Of a stretch of DNA of 64,000 nt, positions 1 through 9,547 are shown one piece after another. The DNA is taken from positions 7,908 through 71,907 of the forward strand of contig CALZIZ010000002.1 of the NCBI GenBank assembly GCA_945787465.1, in the 5' to 3' direction. Under the pieces are notes generated by a model. That model was not told where the DNA came from and made no database searches. It was given only the letters and a program-made list of their open reading frames with translations. Made by a program: the position numbers and the translations under genes. How positions within the stretch are numbered: the stretch's first letter is position 1; the number at the start of each line of letters is the position of its first letter. The stretch comes from an uncultured Desulfuromonadales bacterium (GTDB lineage: Bacteria > Desulfobacterota > Desulfuromonadia > Desulfuromonadales > Trichloromonadaceae).

Positions 1-1335
1 ATGGTGGACCGGCTCAAGGGCTTGATCGAGGCAACCATCAGCCACGAGCGGGAGCTGGCCATCAGCCAGGAGAAACTGACTCACCACGACGAAATCAGCA
101 ACATGAACGTCACCCTGGCCGAGCGCCTTAAAGAAATCGAATACCTGAACATTTCCCTCGAAGAGCGAATCGAGGAGATCGAAGAAGCCAACTATAAAAT
201 CGCCGACCTCGCCGGGGACCTGGAAAACAAGAACACCCACCTGGAGCAGGCTGTTACGCGCCTGTCGGCGATCAACAAAATAGGCCTGGCGATCAACGGC
301 ACAATGGACCTGAACAAGTTGTTCAAACTGCTGATCCACCAAACGGCCGCAACCCTCAAAGCCCGCGTCGGCTTTATTCTGCTTCTCGAAGAAGATTCAA
401 GCATCATGAGCGTAGGGGCCGCAACCGGGGTTTCGGATCGCATTGACATGGGAGACAGAATCCCTCTGAAGCCAGGGGGGGTCTCTTTCTGGGTGATGGA
501 AAACCGTCAACCGCTGCTGGTAGGCAACATCAAGGACAGCAAGGAGTTCTCCAGGGTCAGCCGGCTGGGCTTTACGAGAGAATCGGTGATATGTGCCCCG
601 TTGATTATCAAGGATGAGCCGATAGGCACCATCACCATTGCCAACAAACAAGACGAATCGTCATTCTGCCCTGAAGATCTCGAACTGCTGATCACCATAT
701 CGGCCCAGGCAAGCGTTGCGATAAAAAACGCCCGTCTCTACGAAGAACAACAGGCCACCTACCTGTGCACAGTTCAGGCCCTTGTTTCAGCCATCGAAGC
801 CAGCGATGCTTACACTCGCGGTCATTCCGAGCGCGTCACCCGCTACAGCATCTCCCTCGCCAAGCGCCTGAATCTGCCTCCGGCAGCCCAAAAAAGGCTT
901 GAACAGGCCGCAATCCTTCACGATATTGGAAAAATCGGCATCGACCTGACCTTGCTGCATAAAAAAGGCCCCCTCTCCCAGGAAGACATTGCCGCCCTGC
1001 AACAACACCCCAAAATCGGCGCCCGCATCCTCGAACCGATTCGCATGTTCGACGAAGTTCGGCAGATTGTCCTGCATCACCACGAGCGGTTCGACGGCAA
1101 GGGCTACCCCAGCCAGGTAAATGGGCCAGACATCCCCATCGAAGCGCGCATCCTGGCAGTGGCCGACACCTTTGATGCCATGACCTCCGATCGCCCTTAT
1201 CGGCGGGCCCTTTCTCATGATACGGCCATCAGAGAAATCGAACTTTACTCGGGCAGCCAGTTCGACCCTGCAATCGCCCAGGCCTTTATCGCCCACCACC
1301 AGCAGATTGTTGGCAGCTCCTACGATCCTGCATAG
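1..1335 (+). CDS. GAF domain-containing HD-GYP phosphodiesterase (c-di-GMP hydrolase family); true N-terminus may lie upstream of the window
   Basis: 444-aa ORF opening at nt 1. Coiled-coil N-terminus, GAF-like middle, HD motif (AILHDIGKIG) and HHHERFDGKGYP signature. Confidence 0.85.
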   Translation: MVDRLKGLIEATISHERELAISQEKLTHHDEISNMNVTLAERLKEIEYLNISLEERIEEIEEANYKIADLAGDLENKNTHLEQAVTRLSAINKIGLAINGTMDLNKLFKLLIHQTAATLKARVGFILLLEEDSSIMSVGAATGVSDRIDMGDRIPLKPGGVSFWVMENRQPLLVGNIKDSKEFSRVSRLGFTRESVICAPLIIKDEPIGTITIANKQDESSFCPEDLELLITISAQASVAIKNARLYEEQQATYLCTVQALVSAIEASDAYTRGHSERVTRYSISLAKRLNLPPAAQKRLEQAAILHDIGKIGIDLTLLHKKGPLSQEDIAALQQHPKIGARILEPIRMFDEVRQIVLHHHERFDGKGYPSQVNGPDIPIEARILAVADTFDAMTSDRPYRRALSHDTAIREIELYSGSQFDPAIAQAFIAHHQQIVGSSYDPA

Positions 1336-1401
1336 TATCCAGGCAGCTGGTGTCTATCGGCAATCTATGGGTAGGACCAGCGCAGTTTTCAAATGGGAAC
1401 C

Positions 1402-1567
1402 TAGGAGGCTGTCCGACAATAAGGGCCGAAGCGAAAACCCAGAAGCTTGAGAACAGATTTTGGCTCGTTTTAGAGCTCATAGCCGTAGCTACGGGCCGAA
1501 AAGGAGCTGAAATATGGGCCAAGCAGCTGGGTTTGCAGCCGGTCATGGATTCTCGGACAGCCTCCTA
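1402..1567 (+). other. Candidate structured RNA or inverted-repeat element (15-bp perfect closing helix with a nested 8-bp helix)
   Basis: TAGGAGGCTGTCCGA (1402-1416) is the exact reverse complement of TCGGACAGCCTCCTA (1553-1567). AAACCCAG (1435-1442) pairs with CTGGGTTT (1527-1534). Class not recognised. Confidence 0.4.
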
Positions 1568-1598
1568 CTAAGAATTCAAGAGAGCCAAGGCGCAAACC

Positions 1599-3806
1599 AT
1601 GACCGCACCTACTTTAAAATTCCACGGTATGAGCTTGCGTAAAAAGATTCTGCTACCCTTTTTCGCGGTCCTCAGCATACTTGGGGCCACGGCCACCCTC
1701 GGTTCGCTGCTTTTCATCACCGACACCCTCGAAAAAACTGCCAACGATCGTCTGGTTGCCAGCCAGGAAGTCATTTTTCGGGAAATCAAAGAGCAGGAAA
1801 TTCTCCTTGGGACCTATGCCAAGCTACTGGAGTATACACACAGCCTGTCTCTGGGCAGCCAGGATCTGATAGCGACCAGCCTGTTGAGCGATCAGTTATA
1901 CGAAAGCCTGCGCCTGGCCGACATCCGTGTCGCTTTTTATCCCAAGTCTTCGCTGAACAACCTGCCCTACCCTTCCCTGCAATCCCTGCTTCGCCAGACG
2001 GTTCGCAGCAAGAAGCCCCGCTTTAGATTTATGGCTGAACAAGGGACCATCCCGGCCCTGACCGTAGCAACGCCCATGGGAGCCCAGGGCGAAATTCTCG
2101 TTATGCAGACACCTATTGATAAGGGCTTCCTCAAGGCCCTGACCAAGGGATTGGACACCACGGTTTCCCTGATATCCCTCCAGGGAGAGGTCCTGGTTTC
2201 GAGCAGGGCTGACGCTCTGCCGCCTGAACTCTCGGCTAAAGAACTTGAAACCGTGCTGACCGATGGCAGATACTTCACCCAAAGAAGCGCCCCCGCGCCA
2301 CACCGTTACCTCTATTTTGCGCTGCCCCTCGGAACCACGGACATGCTGGTGGTCGCTATAGAAATCCAGGTGACCGAAATGGGCGGAATGGTCAACACCC
2401 TGGCCATTCGATCATTCTGGACAATTCTTGCTGCCCTGCTGATAGGCAGCTACATTTATTACAGATTGATTGACCAGATCATGGCTCCGGTCCGGGAACT
2501 GACCAAAGCCACAGCAGCGGTCAGCGAGGGTAACCTCTCTTACCGCATCCCTGAAGTCGGCCAGGATGAACTTGGCCAGACGGCCCGCAGCTTCAACACC
2601 ATGCTCTGCCAACTTGAGGAACTCTACAGCGAACGCATCGAGCAGGAAACCCGCCTGGCCACAGCCCAGGAAGAGATCAAGTACAAAGATATTCTGGAGC
2701 GGAAAAACGAGGAGATCGCCAGAGCCAATCACGACCTCAAGAGCAACCTCAAAGAGACCTCGGCACTCTACCAGTTGAATCAGGCCATGACCTCGACCCT
2801 GGACCTTGGCATTCTCTTTGACCGCATGCTTAACGTCCTCAAAGACGTGATCCACTGCGACGAAATGGTCATGCTTTTGTACAATCAGGGAAACGAAGAA
2901 CTCGACGTGCGAAAAACACTGGGGCTAGACGATAACCTGTTAAGCGGGGTCACCTTTCGCCTGGACGAGGGGATTACCGGACAGGCTGCCAGGACCCAGA
3001 AGCAGCAATACGTACCCGACGTGTCACAGGACCAGCGGAGCCTTGACTACAAGGGCAAAAAGTCAGTTTTCGGCTCCATGGTATCCACTCCGATGGTGGT
3101 GAAAAACCGGTTATGCGGAGTTTTAAATCTGCACAAGCAAAAGGTCGACGGATTCTCGGAAAAAAAATGCCGGGTTATCCAGGCCATTGCCAACCAGGCA
3201 GCGGTAGCTATTGAAAATGCCCAACTCTACGAAAGGGCTCGCAACCTCTCCAACACCGATGAACTCACCGGGCTTGCCAACCGCAGGAATTTTCATGCCA
3301 TTCTGCAGCGTGAACAGGCCCAGGCCAGGCGTTTTTCGGCCCAGTTCAGCCTGATCATTGCAGACATCGACCACTTTAAGCTCTACAATGACACCAACGG
3401 TCACCTGCAAGGGGACATCGTGCTGAAAAAGGTCGCCTCCTTGCTGCTGCAAAGCACCCGGGGGATCGACCTTGTTGCCCGTTTCGGAGGGGAGGAATTC
3501 ACGATCCTGCTGCCCAAGACCACTGGAGACGGAGCCTTTGCCGCAGGAGAAAAGCTGCGCCGGGCCGTTGAAGGGGCCATTTTTCCCGGTGCCGAAAAAA
3601 GTCAGCCGGAGGGACGGATCACCATGTCGCTGGGAATTGCCGAATTCCCGGGCGACAGCAAAGACATCTACGAACTTCTTGACCTGGCAGACAAAGCCCT
3701 GTACATAGCAAAAGAGGCCGGCCGCAATTGCACCGTCTCCTGGAGAAACCGCCCCGCGCCTGTCGAAACATTGGCACCCTCCCCGGCGGAAACCGCAAAG
3801 AGTTAG
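1599..3806 (+). CDS. Membrane sensor diguanylate cyclase (sensor region-HAMP-coiled coil-GAF-GGDEF)
   Basis: 735-aa ORF with ATG at 1599. Two hydrophobic segments flank a periplasmic-like region; C-terminal GGDEF domain with RFGGEEF motif. Confidence 0.88.
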   Translation: MTAPTLKFHGMSLRKKILLPFFAVLSILGATATLGSLLFITDTLEKTANDRLVASQEVIFREIKEQEILLGTYAKLLEYTHSLSLGSQDLIATSLLSDQLYESLRLADIRVAFYPKSSLNNLPYPSLQSLLRQTVRSKKPRFRFMAEQGTIPALTVATPMGAQGEILVMQTPIDKGFLKALTKGLDTTVSLISLQGEVLVSSRADALPPELSAKELETVLTDGRYFTQRSAPAPHRYLYFALPLGTTDMLVVAIEIQVTEMGGMVNTLAIRSFWTILAALLIGSYIYYRLIDQIMAPVRELTKATAAVSEGNLSYRIPEVGQDELGQTARSFNTMLCQLEELYSERIEQETRLATAQEEIKYKDILERKNEEIARANHDLKSNLKETSALYQLNQAMTSTLDLGILFDRMLNVLKDVIHCDEMVMLLYNQGNEELDVRKTLGLDDNLLSGVTFRLDEGITGQAARTQKQQYVPDVSQDQRSLDYKGKKSVFGSMVSTPMVVKNRLCGVLNLHKQKVDGFSEKKCRVIQAIANQAAVAIENAQLYERARNLSNTDELTGLANRRNFHAILQREQAQARRFSAQFSLIIADIDHFKLYNDTNGHLQGDIVLKKVASLLLQSTRGIDLVARFGGEEFTILLPKTTGDGAFAAGEKLRRAVEGAIFPGAEKSQPEGRITMSLGIAEFPGDSKDIYELLDLADKALYIAKEAGRNCTVSWRNRPAPVETLAPSPAETAKS

Positions 3807-5593
3807 AGCCTACCCTTTTTATTGCGCCCGGTCTTTTGGTTTTCCCGCCTCGAATGCTGCCCAAGCAGCGAGCCCGCATCGCTCTGACGACCGCAAAGAC
3901 GCAGCGCCTCCATGACATCGCCACGATGCTCCGGTAGATGAGACAGCAGCAAAGCCTTCTGCAGCCGGCGCTCCTTGGGCGTGCGCGGCACATGCACGGG
4001 CTCACCGCTGAAGGGGTCTTTACCGGTGTGATAGATACAAGTTGCAAGGGTGCCTGGGGTCGGGGTAAATTCCTGAACCTGCTCGATCCGCAGATTGTGA
4101 GCTTTAAGAAACAGGGCCACATCGACCATATCCGACAATGTCGAACCAGGGTGGGCAGCGATGAAGTAAGGCACTACGGCCTGGCGCAACCCCAGACGCC
4201 GGGTCGTGCATCGGAACTGTTCGAGAAAGGCCTTGAAAGCTTCCGGCCCGGGTTTACGCATAACCTGCGTCACCCCGTGACAAACCGACTCGGGAGCGAC
4301 CTTGAGCAATCCGCCGACATGATGCTTGAGCAGATCTTCGAAGTAGTCGGGTTGCTGCTCCATGAGGTCGTAACGCACCCCGGAAGCTACGAAAACGTGC
4401 TTAACCCCTTGCCGCTGCCGGATCTTCCGTAGCAACCTGACCGCCCTGCCGTCATTGGCAACCAGGTGACGGCAAGGGCTTGGGAAAAGGCAGCCGGCTT
4501 TTCGACACTTGGCCCGGGCATCGGCGTTGCCGCAGCTCAGACCATACATGTTGGCCGTCGGCCCGCCCACATCCGAGAGGGTTCCGCGAAACTGGGGATG
4601 ACCGGTCAGACCATCCACTTCGGCCAGAATGGAGGCCTCGGAACGCGACTGGATGATCTTTCCCTGGTGATGGGTGATGGCGCAAAATGCGCAGCCACCA
4701 AAGCAACCTCGGTGGGTGGTCAGGGAAAAACGGATCTGCTCGTAGGCGGGAATCGGCTCAGTGTAACTCGGGTGAGGGCGCTTTTGAAAGGGCAGGCCGT
4801 AGACCCGGTCCAGTTCGGCCTCCTGCAGAGGGCTCGATGGAGGGTTGACCACCACCCAGCGAGTTCCGTGCCCCTGCACAAGCATTCTTCCACTGTAGGA
4901 GTTATCCTGCTTTGCCGTGGTGCAAAAGGCCTGATTGTAAAGCTCGGGGTCTGCGGCCACATCCTCGAAGGACGGCAGCAGGATGCCCTGCGCAGGCGGT
5001 TCAGAGCTTATCTGGGCAGTGCCGGCAATGTCGCCCATGTTTGCGGGGGAATCGCCTTGAGCGGCACGGCGGGCAATCTCAAGCAAGGGGGCTTCCCCCA
5101 TTCCAAAAACCAACAGGTCAGCCTTGCTGTCGACGAGGATCGAACGCCGCACCCGGTCGTCCCAGTAATCATAATGGGCCAGGCGACGCAGGCTGCCCTC
5201 AATTCCGCCGATGATCACAGGCAGCGCGCGAAAGGCCCCCTTGAGGGCAGCGGTATAGGCGATGACCGCACGGTTGGGACGTGCCCCTGCGCGCCCACCG
5301 GGGGTATAGGCATCATTACGGCGCACCTTTTTTGCTGCCGTATAATGGTTGACCATCGAATCCATGGCCCCGGCTGAAACCGCCGCAAATAATCGGGGAC
5401 GCCCCATGACCTGAAAGGCTGCAGGGTCGCGCCAGTCGGGTTGGGCGAGAATCCCGACCCGATACCCTTCTGACTCGAGCAGCCTTGCAAGCAGGGGAAT
5501 CCCGAAAGCCGGATGATCGACGTACGCATCCCCGGAGACCAGAAGGATATCGAGTTCATCCCAGCCCCGTGCCGCCATCTCCTGACGACCCAT
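3803..5593 (-). CDS. ygiQ: YgiQ family radical SAM protein (UPF0313)
   Basis: 596-aa ORF. N-terminal GWDELDILLVSGDAYVDHPAFG and radical-SAM CFGGCAFC motif are typical of YgiQ. Confidence 0.85.
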   Translation of the reverse strand: MGRQEMAARGWDELDILLVSGDAYVDHPAFGIPLLARLLESEGYRVGILAQPDWRDPAAFQVMGRPRLFAAVSAGAMDSMVNHYTAAKKVRRNDAYTPGGRAGARPNRAVIAYTAALKGAFRALPVIIGGIEGSLRRLAHYDYWDDRVRRSILVDSKADLLVFGMGEAPLLEIARRAAQGDSPANMGDIAGTAQISSEPPAQGILLPSFEDVAADPELYNQAFCTTAKQDNSYSGRMLVQGHGTRWVVVNPPSSPLQEAELDRVYGLPFQKRPHPSYTEPIPAYEQIRFSLTTHRGCFGGCAFCAITHHQGKIIQSRSEASILAEVDGLTGHPQFRGTLSDVGGPTANMYGLSCGNADARAKCRKAGCLFPSPCRHLVANDGRAVRLLRKIRQRQGVKHVFVASGVRYDLMEQQPDYFEDLLKHHVGGLLKVAPESVCHGVTQVMRKPGPEAFKAFLEQFRCTTRRLGLRQAVVPYFIAAHPGSTLSDMVDVALFLKAHNLRIEQVQEFTPTPGTLATCIYHTGKDPFSGEPVHVPRTPKERRLQKALLLSHLPEHRGDVMEALRLCGRQSDAGSLLGQHSRRENQKTGRNKKGRL

Positions 5594-5622
5594 GGGAATA
5601 AAAGAGTTGTTTTTTAAAGCGC

Positions 5623-5817
5623 TCAGAAGCCTTGATCCTTGCAGAAACTGGCAATGGAGCGATCGAAGCTGCGCTCACCCTCGGGGGTGAAAAAACAACC
5701 TGGGATCTCCCCCTTGCCACGGTGGTAAATCACGCATTTACAGCAGTTGCCTCGCTTATCGCAGGCGGTGCAGGTACAGGTGCAGTGTTCAATCGACCGG
5801 GTCGAAACGCATTCCAT
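5623..5817 (-). CDS. Small Cys-rich protein, DUF6485-like
   Basis: I take the internal ATG at 5817 of the 107-aa track ORF, because the upstream part is translated repeat sequence. The 64-aa product carries CTCTCTAC..CCKC..C, as in DUF6485 proteins. Confidence 0.55.
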   Translation of the reverse strand: MECVSTRSIEHCTCTCTACDKRGNCCKCVIYHRGKGEIPGCFFTPEGERSFDRSIASFCKDQGF

Positions 5818-5867
5818 CAAAAAACTCCCGAAAGGTTGAAATAACTTTAGAGCCGAAACACATCCGC

Positions 5868-5921
5868 CACAGAGGACACAGAGTTCCCAGAAGATATCTT
5901 TACCTCTCTGTGACCTCTGTG
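5868..5921. repeat. REP-like imperfect palindrome CACAGAGG(A/T)CACAGAG
   Basis: CACAGAGGACACAGAG (5868-5883) matches the reverse complement of CTCTGTGACCTCTGTG (5906-5921) at 15/16 positions, with a 22-nt loop. Lies between argC and the DUF6485 gene. Confidence 0.6.
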
Positions 5922-5983
5922 ATCTTTGTGGCAAATGATTTTTCATTCTTCTGCCCGGGCCTATAGGCAGACAGTTAACTATT

Positions 5984-7021
5984 TTAAGGGAAAACGGGCA
6001 ATCCGGTCAAACCGGTGCTTTCTTCAAACCCGAACATCAGGTTCATGTTCTGTATGGCCTGACCGGCCGCGCCTTTGACCAGATTGTCGATAGCCGAGAC
6101 CACAATGACCCGCCCGGTGCGCGGATCGCTGACGACACCGATGTCGCAGAAGTTGCTCCCCCGGACATAAGCGGCATTGGGCAGACCCCCCTCGGGGTGA
6201 ACCCGAACGAAGAATTCACCCTGGTAATGCTGCCGAAAAATCTCGACCAGCTCGGCGGTAGTGCGTTTTTCGGAGAGGGACGCATAACAGGTCGAGAGGA
6301 TTCCGCGATTAATCGGCAGCAGGTGCGGGGTGAAGCTGACCATGATCGGTTGCCCGGCAAGATCGGTCAGGGTCTGCTCGATTTCGGGAGTATGTCGATG
6401 GCTTGCAACGCCATAGGCCTTGAAGCCTTCATTCACCTCGCAGAACAGGCTCCCCACCTTGGCAGAGCGCCCCGCCCCGCTGGTCCCGGATTTGCTGTCA
6501 ATCACCAGAGTGGCGGGATCGATCAACTTTTTTTTCAACAACGGAGCCAGAGCCAGGGCGACACTGGTGGGATAACAACCGGGGTTGGCGACGAGTCTGG
6601 CACCGCGAACCTGCTCGCGATAAAGCTCGGGCAACCCATAAACAGCCTCACCGATAAGTTCCGGGCTGCTGTGCTCCTGGTACCAGGCCTTGTAAACCTT
6701 GGCGTCGCGCAGCCGGTAATCGGCAGACAAGTCGACAACCGTCTTTCCCGCTGCCAACAGCTCAGGCACCACGGTCATGGCCGTTTTATGCGGCAGCGCA
6801 GTAAAGACACAATCGGCTTTTGCTGCGATCAACGCAATATCGAGGGGGTCGCAGCGCAAGGCAATGCGTTCGATTAAAGAAGGAAAAACAGCAGCAAGCT
6901 CCTCGCCGGCGCTCTGCCGCGAGGTCACGCAGCTTAACTCGACCTGGGGATGACCATCGAGCAACCTGACGAGTTCCACCCCGGTATAACCACTGGCACC
7001 AACCACTGCAACTTTGACCAT
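5984..7021 (-). CDS. argC: N-acetyl-gamma-glutamyl-phosphate reductase
   Basis: Start taken at [14 protein letters not shown] (ATG 7021). Contains the NPGCYPTS active-site motif. Confidence 0.93.
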   Translation of the reverse strand: MVKVAVVGASGYTGVELVRLLDGHPQVELSCVTSRQSAGEELAAVFPSLIERIALRCDPLDIALIAAKADCVFTALPHKTAMTVVPELLAAGKTVVDLSADYRLRDAKVYKAWYQEHSSPELIGEAVYGLPELYREQVRGARLVANPGCYPTSVALALAPLLKKKLIDPATLVIDSKSGTSGAGRSAKVGSLFCEVNEGFKAYGVASHRHTPEIEQTLTDLAGQPIMVSFTPHLLPINRGILSTCYASLSEKRTTAELVEIFRQHYQGEFFVRVHPEGGLPNAAYVRGSNFCDIGVVSDPRTGRVIVVSAIDNLVKGAAGQAIQNMNLMFGFEESTGLTGLPVFP

Positions 7022-7044
7022 GTGACTTCTCCCCAACAATTAAG

Positions 7045-7083
7045 GAAAAAATACAAAAGGGAAACCCGAGGGCTTCCCTTTTG
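7045..7083 (-). terminator. Rho-independent terminator after rpsI
   Basis: Minus strand: 10-bp stem CAAAAGGGAA/TTCCCTTTTG, then TATTTTTT. Confidence 0.65.
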
Positions 7084-7127
7084 TGAATCGTATCCAGTTC
7101 CTGAGCCGGAAACCCGGCGTACCTGTT

Positions 7128-7520
7128 TTAACGCTTGGAGAACTGGAAGCTCGCGCGGGCAGCCCGGCGGCCGTACTTTTTACGTTCTTTGACACGGCTG
7201 TCGCGGGTAATGAACCCGGCCTTCTTGAGGACAGCGCGCAGTTCGGGGTCAACCTCGAGCAGGGCCTTGGTGATGCCGTGTTTAATAGCACCAGCCTGCC
7301 CGGAGGGACCGCCGCCGGCGACGTTCACCGAGATGTCAAACTTGCCGACGTTATCGGTGAGTTCCAGAGGCTGCTGGATAACCATCTTGGAGGTTTCCCG
7401 GCCAAAAAACTCGCCTACGGGACGCTTGTTAACGGTGATCACCCCAGTGCCGGGCTTCATCCACACCCGAGCAACAGACGTTTTTCTTTTACCGGTCGCA
7501 TAAAATTTCTGTTCGGCCAT
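7128..7520 (-). CDS. rpsI: 30S ribosomal protein S9
   Basis: 130 aa, ending [17 protein letters not shown], directly downstream of rplM. Confidence 0.97.
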   Translation of the reverse strand: MAEQKFYATGKRKTSVARVWMKPGTGVITVNKRPVGEFFGRETSKMVIQQPLELTDNVGKFDISVNVAGGGPSGQAGAIKHGITKALLEVDPELRAVLKKAGFITRDSRVKERKKYGRRAARASFQFSKR

Positions 7521-7542
7521 CTCTATCTCCTGAATTTAAATC

Positions 7543-7971
7543 TTAAAAGACCAGTTCTTTAGGCTGCTGTGCACTGTGGGGATGCTCGGATCCGCTGTAG
7601 ACCTTGAGCTTCTTGGCCATCTTGCGGCCCAGGGGATTCTTGGGCAACATTCCCTTGACGGCCTTCTTGATCAGCTCCTCGGGCTTTTTACCCAGAAGCT
7701 TCTCAGCATTGATGGACCGAATCCCACCGGGGAAACCGGTGTGATGGTAATACATCTTGTCAGCCAGTTTGTTTCCGGTCAGTTTGATCTTGTCGGCATT
7801 GATCACAACGACAAAATCTCCGGTGTCTACACTGGGGGTATAAATAGCCTTGCGCTTGCCACTGAGAACGCGAGCAATCTCTGCCGCGGCGCGGCCAAGG
7901 ACCTTACCTTCCAGATCTACAATAAACCAGTTTCTTTTGATTTCAGACTCTTTGGCAACTTGGGTACTCAT
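7543..7971 (-). CDS. rplM: 50S ribosomal protein L13
   Basis: 142 aa with the [19 protein letters not shown] signature. Confidence 0.97.
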   Translation of the reverse strand: MSTQVAKESEIKRNWFIVDLEGKVLGRAAAEIARVLSGKRKAIYTPSVDTGDFVVVINADKIKLTGNKLADKMYYHHTGFPGGIRSINAEKLLGKKPEELIKKAVKGMLPKNPLGRKMAKKLKVYSGSEHPHSAQQPKELVF

Positions 7972-8265
7972 CGTGTTCCTCTCTATGAATAACTGTGATT
8001 GAATACGGGGCTCACAGAAGCCGTGACGTTACAGAAAAGCGCCTGAAGTGTCAAGCCCTTTTTCGCTTCGGCTGGCTGATTTTTTCGGAAGCAAGACAAA
8101 ACAAAAGTCCGACTTGCCGCCGAGCCGCCAAGGCACCAGTGAAAACTTTATAGATGAGATATACCCCCCCCCATGAGCCTCGGGCTATTGGGGGCTAAGT
8201 CATTGCTTTAATTGGGGGTCGCGGGGGCACCTTTTGGGCCTACAGAAATGGGAGTTAACGGTTGC

Positions 8266-8718
8266 TTAAAGAATTCGCGGCTTAATGCTGAGAACTGGAC
8301 ATGAGGCATGCTGCACCACCCGCTCGGCGGTGCTGCCGATCAGCAGATGGGAGAGCCCGGTTCGCCCATGAGTACCGATGACAATCAGGTCGGAGTTTTC
8401 CTCATCGGCCAGGCGGCAGATCTCTTTGAAAGGTATGCCCGAAGCGACCCGGCACTCCATATTGAGTTCGGGTATCTGCTTGCGACGGCGATTGGCCTCT
8501 CCTTCGAGCTGGTCCTTTGATTCCTGCATGCGCCGGGCTCGGGTTTCGGGAAGTTCCCCACCGAGGTTTGCAAAGCTCTCAACCTCGCCGCTGACGACCA
8601 CGTTGAGCAGAATGTAGGTCGGCAGAAAGAAATTTCTCAGGGTCAGGGCAAAATCCAAGGTTTCGCGGCTGTACCGGGAGAAATCGATCGGAACGAGAAT
8701 TTTGACTGCTTTCTTCAT
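8266..8718 (-). CDS. Universal stress protein (UspA family)
   Basis: 150 aa with C-terminal LIVIGTHGRTGLSHLLIGSTAERVVQHASCPVL. Confidence 0.85.
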   Translation of the reverse strand: MKKAVKILVPIDFSRYSRETLDFALTLRNFFLPTYILLNVVVSGEVESFANLGGELPETRARRMQESKDQLEGEANRRRKQIPELNMECRVASGIPFKEICRLADEENSDLIVIGTHGRTGLSHLLIGSTAERVVQHASCPVLSIKPRIL

Positions 8719-8809
8719 CTGCCCCCCACAAGAAAAACTTAAAGCCTATGGGAAAATATACCCCGAGCCCGGGGTTTTGCAACCTGGGCCAAGGCGGGCA
8801 GTGACCATC

Positions 8810-9547
8810 TTAATACCAGACATTCATCAGGCACAGCCCCTGGGGAGGAGCAGTACGTCCGGATTGCTTTCGGCATCCGCTATCGAGCAACTGCTTGATT
8901 TCCCCTGAGGGGCGCTTGCCCTGGCCAACATCGACCAGAGTCCCGACCATGACCCGCACCATATTTCTTAGAAACCCTGCCCCCTTGACATCGACGTGCA
9001 CCAGCTCCTCGATTCGGCAAACATCCAGGGAGAAGACCTCCCGCTCAGTGGTGCGAGCTTCACAACCTGAAGAACGGAAGGCGGAAAAATCATGCCTGCC
9101 CTCAAAGGCTACCGCCGCCTCAGCCATGGCCTGGTGCGCAAGGGGGCCGCGCACATGCCAGGCAAAACGCTCCATTAACGGGGAGCGAACCGCGCTGTTA
9201 CAAATGGTGTATCGGTACCATTTTCCACGGGCGCTGAAACGGGCATGAAAATCATCATCGACCTCGAGCGCCTCTTTGACCGCGATGTCCTTGGGCAGCA
9301 GCCGGTTCACCCCTTCACGGTAAGCGCTCATGGGTAATTGCCGGGAGGTGACAAAGTGCGCCACCATACCCCGGGCATGGACTCCGGCATCGGTGCGGCC
9401 AGACGAGTGCAGGCGCACCGACTCACCGAGCACCCGGGCCAGGGCCTGCTCGACGACCTCCTGAACGGAGAGGCCGTTGGGCTGCACCTGCCAGCCGGCG
9501 TAAGCGGTGCCGTCATATTCGAAGGTCAGGCAGATCTTCTTCATCAT
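8810..9547 (-). CDS. truA: tRNA pseudouridine(38-40) synthase
   Basis: Start taken at MMKKICLTFEYDGTAYAGWQ; ATGATGA overlaps the ecfT stop. Contains the SSGRTDAGVHA catalytic motif. Confidence 0.92.
   Translation of the reverse strand: MMKKICLTFEYDGTAYAGWQVQPNGLSVQEVVEQALARVLGESVRLHSSGRTDAGVHARGMVAHFVTSRQLPMSAYREGVNRLLPKDIAVKEALEVDDDFHARFSARGKWYRYTICNSAVRSPLMERFAWHVRGPLAHQAMAEAAVAFEGRHDFSAFRSSGCEARTTEREVFSLDVCRIEELVHVDVKGAGFLRNMVRVMVGTLVDVGQGKRPSGEIKQLLDSGCRKQSGRTAPPQGLCLMNVWY

Noticed and set aside
1467-1477. GTTTTAGAGCT, identical to the start of the S. pyogenes-type Cas9 repeat and sgRNA scaffold.
   Set aside because: It is an 11-nt match only, with no repeat-spacer periodicity, no cas genes and no further scaffold similarity.
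3803-3806. Convergent GGDEF and ygiQ genes share overlapping stop codons (TTAG), leaving no room for terminators.
   Set aside because: This is a real but unremarkable compaction, and I infer no function from it.
8026-8054. Possible rplM promoter (TTGACA-17-TAACGT), followed by a CTGTGA/TCACAG leader hairpin.
   Set aside because: The -10 is weak and I cannot support the leader as a known L13 regulatory structure. Left unannotated.
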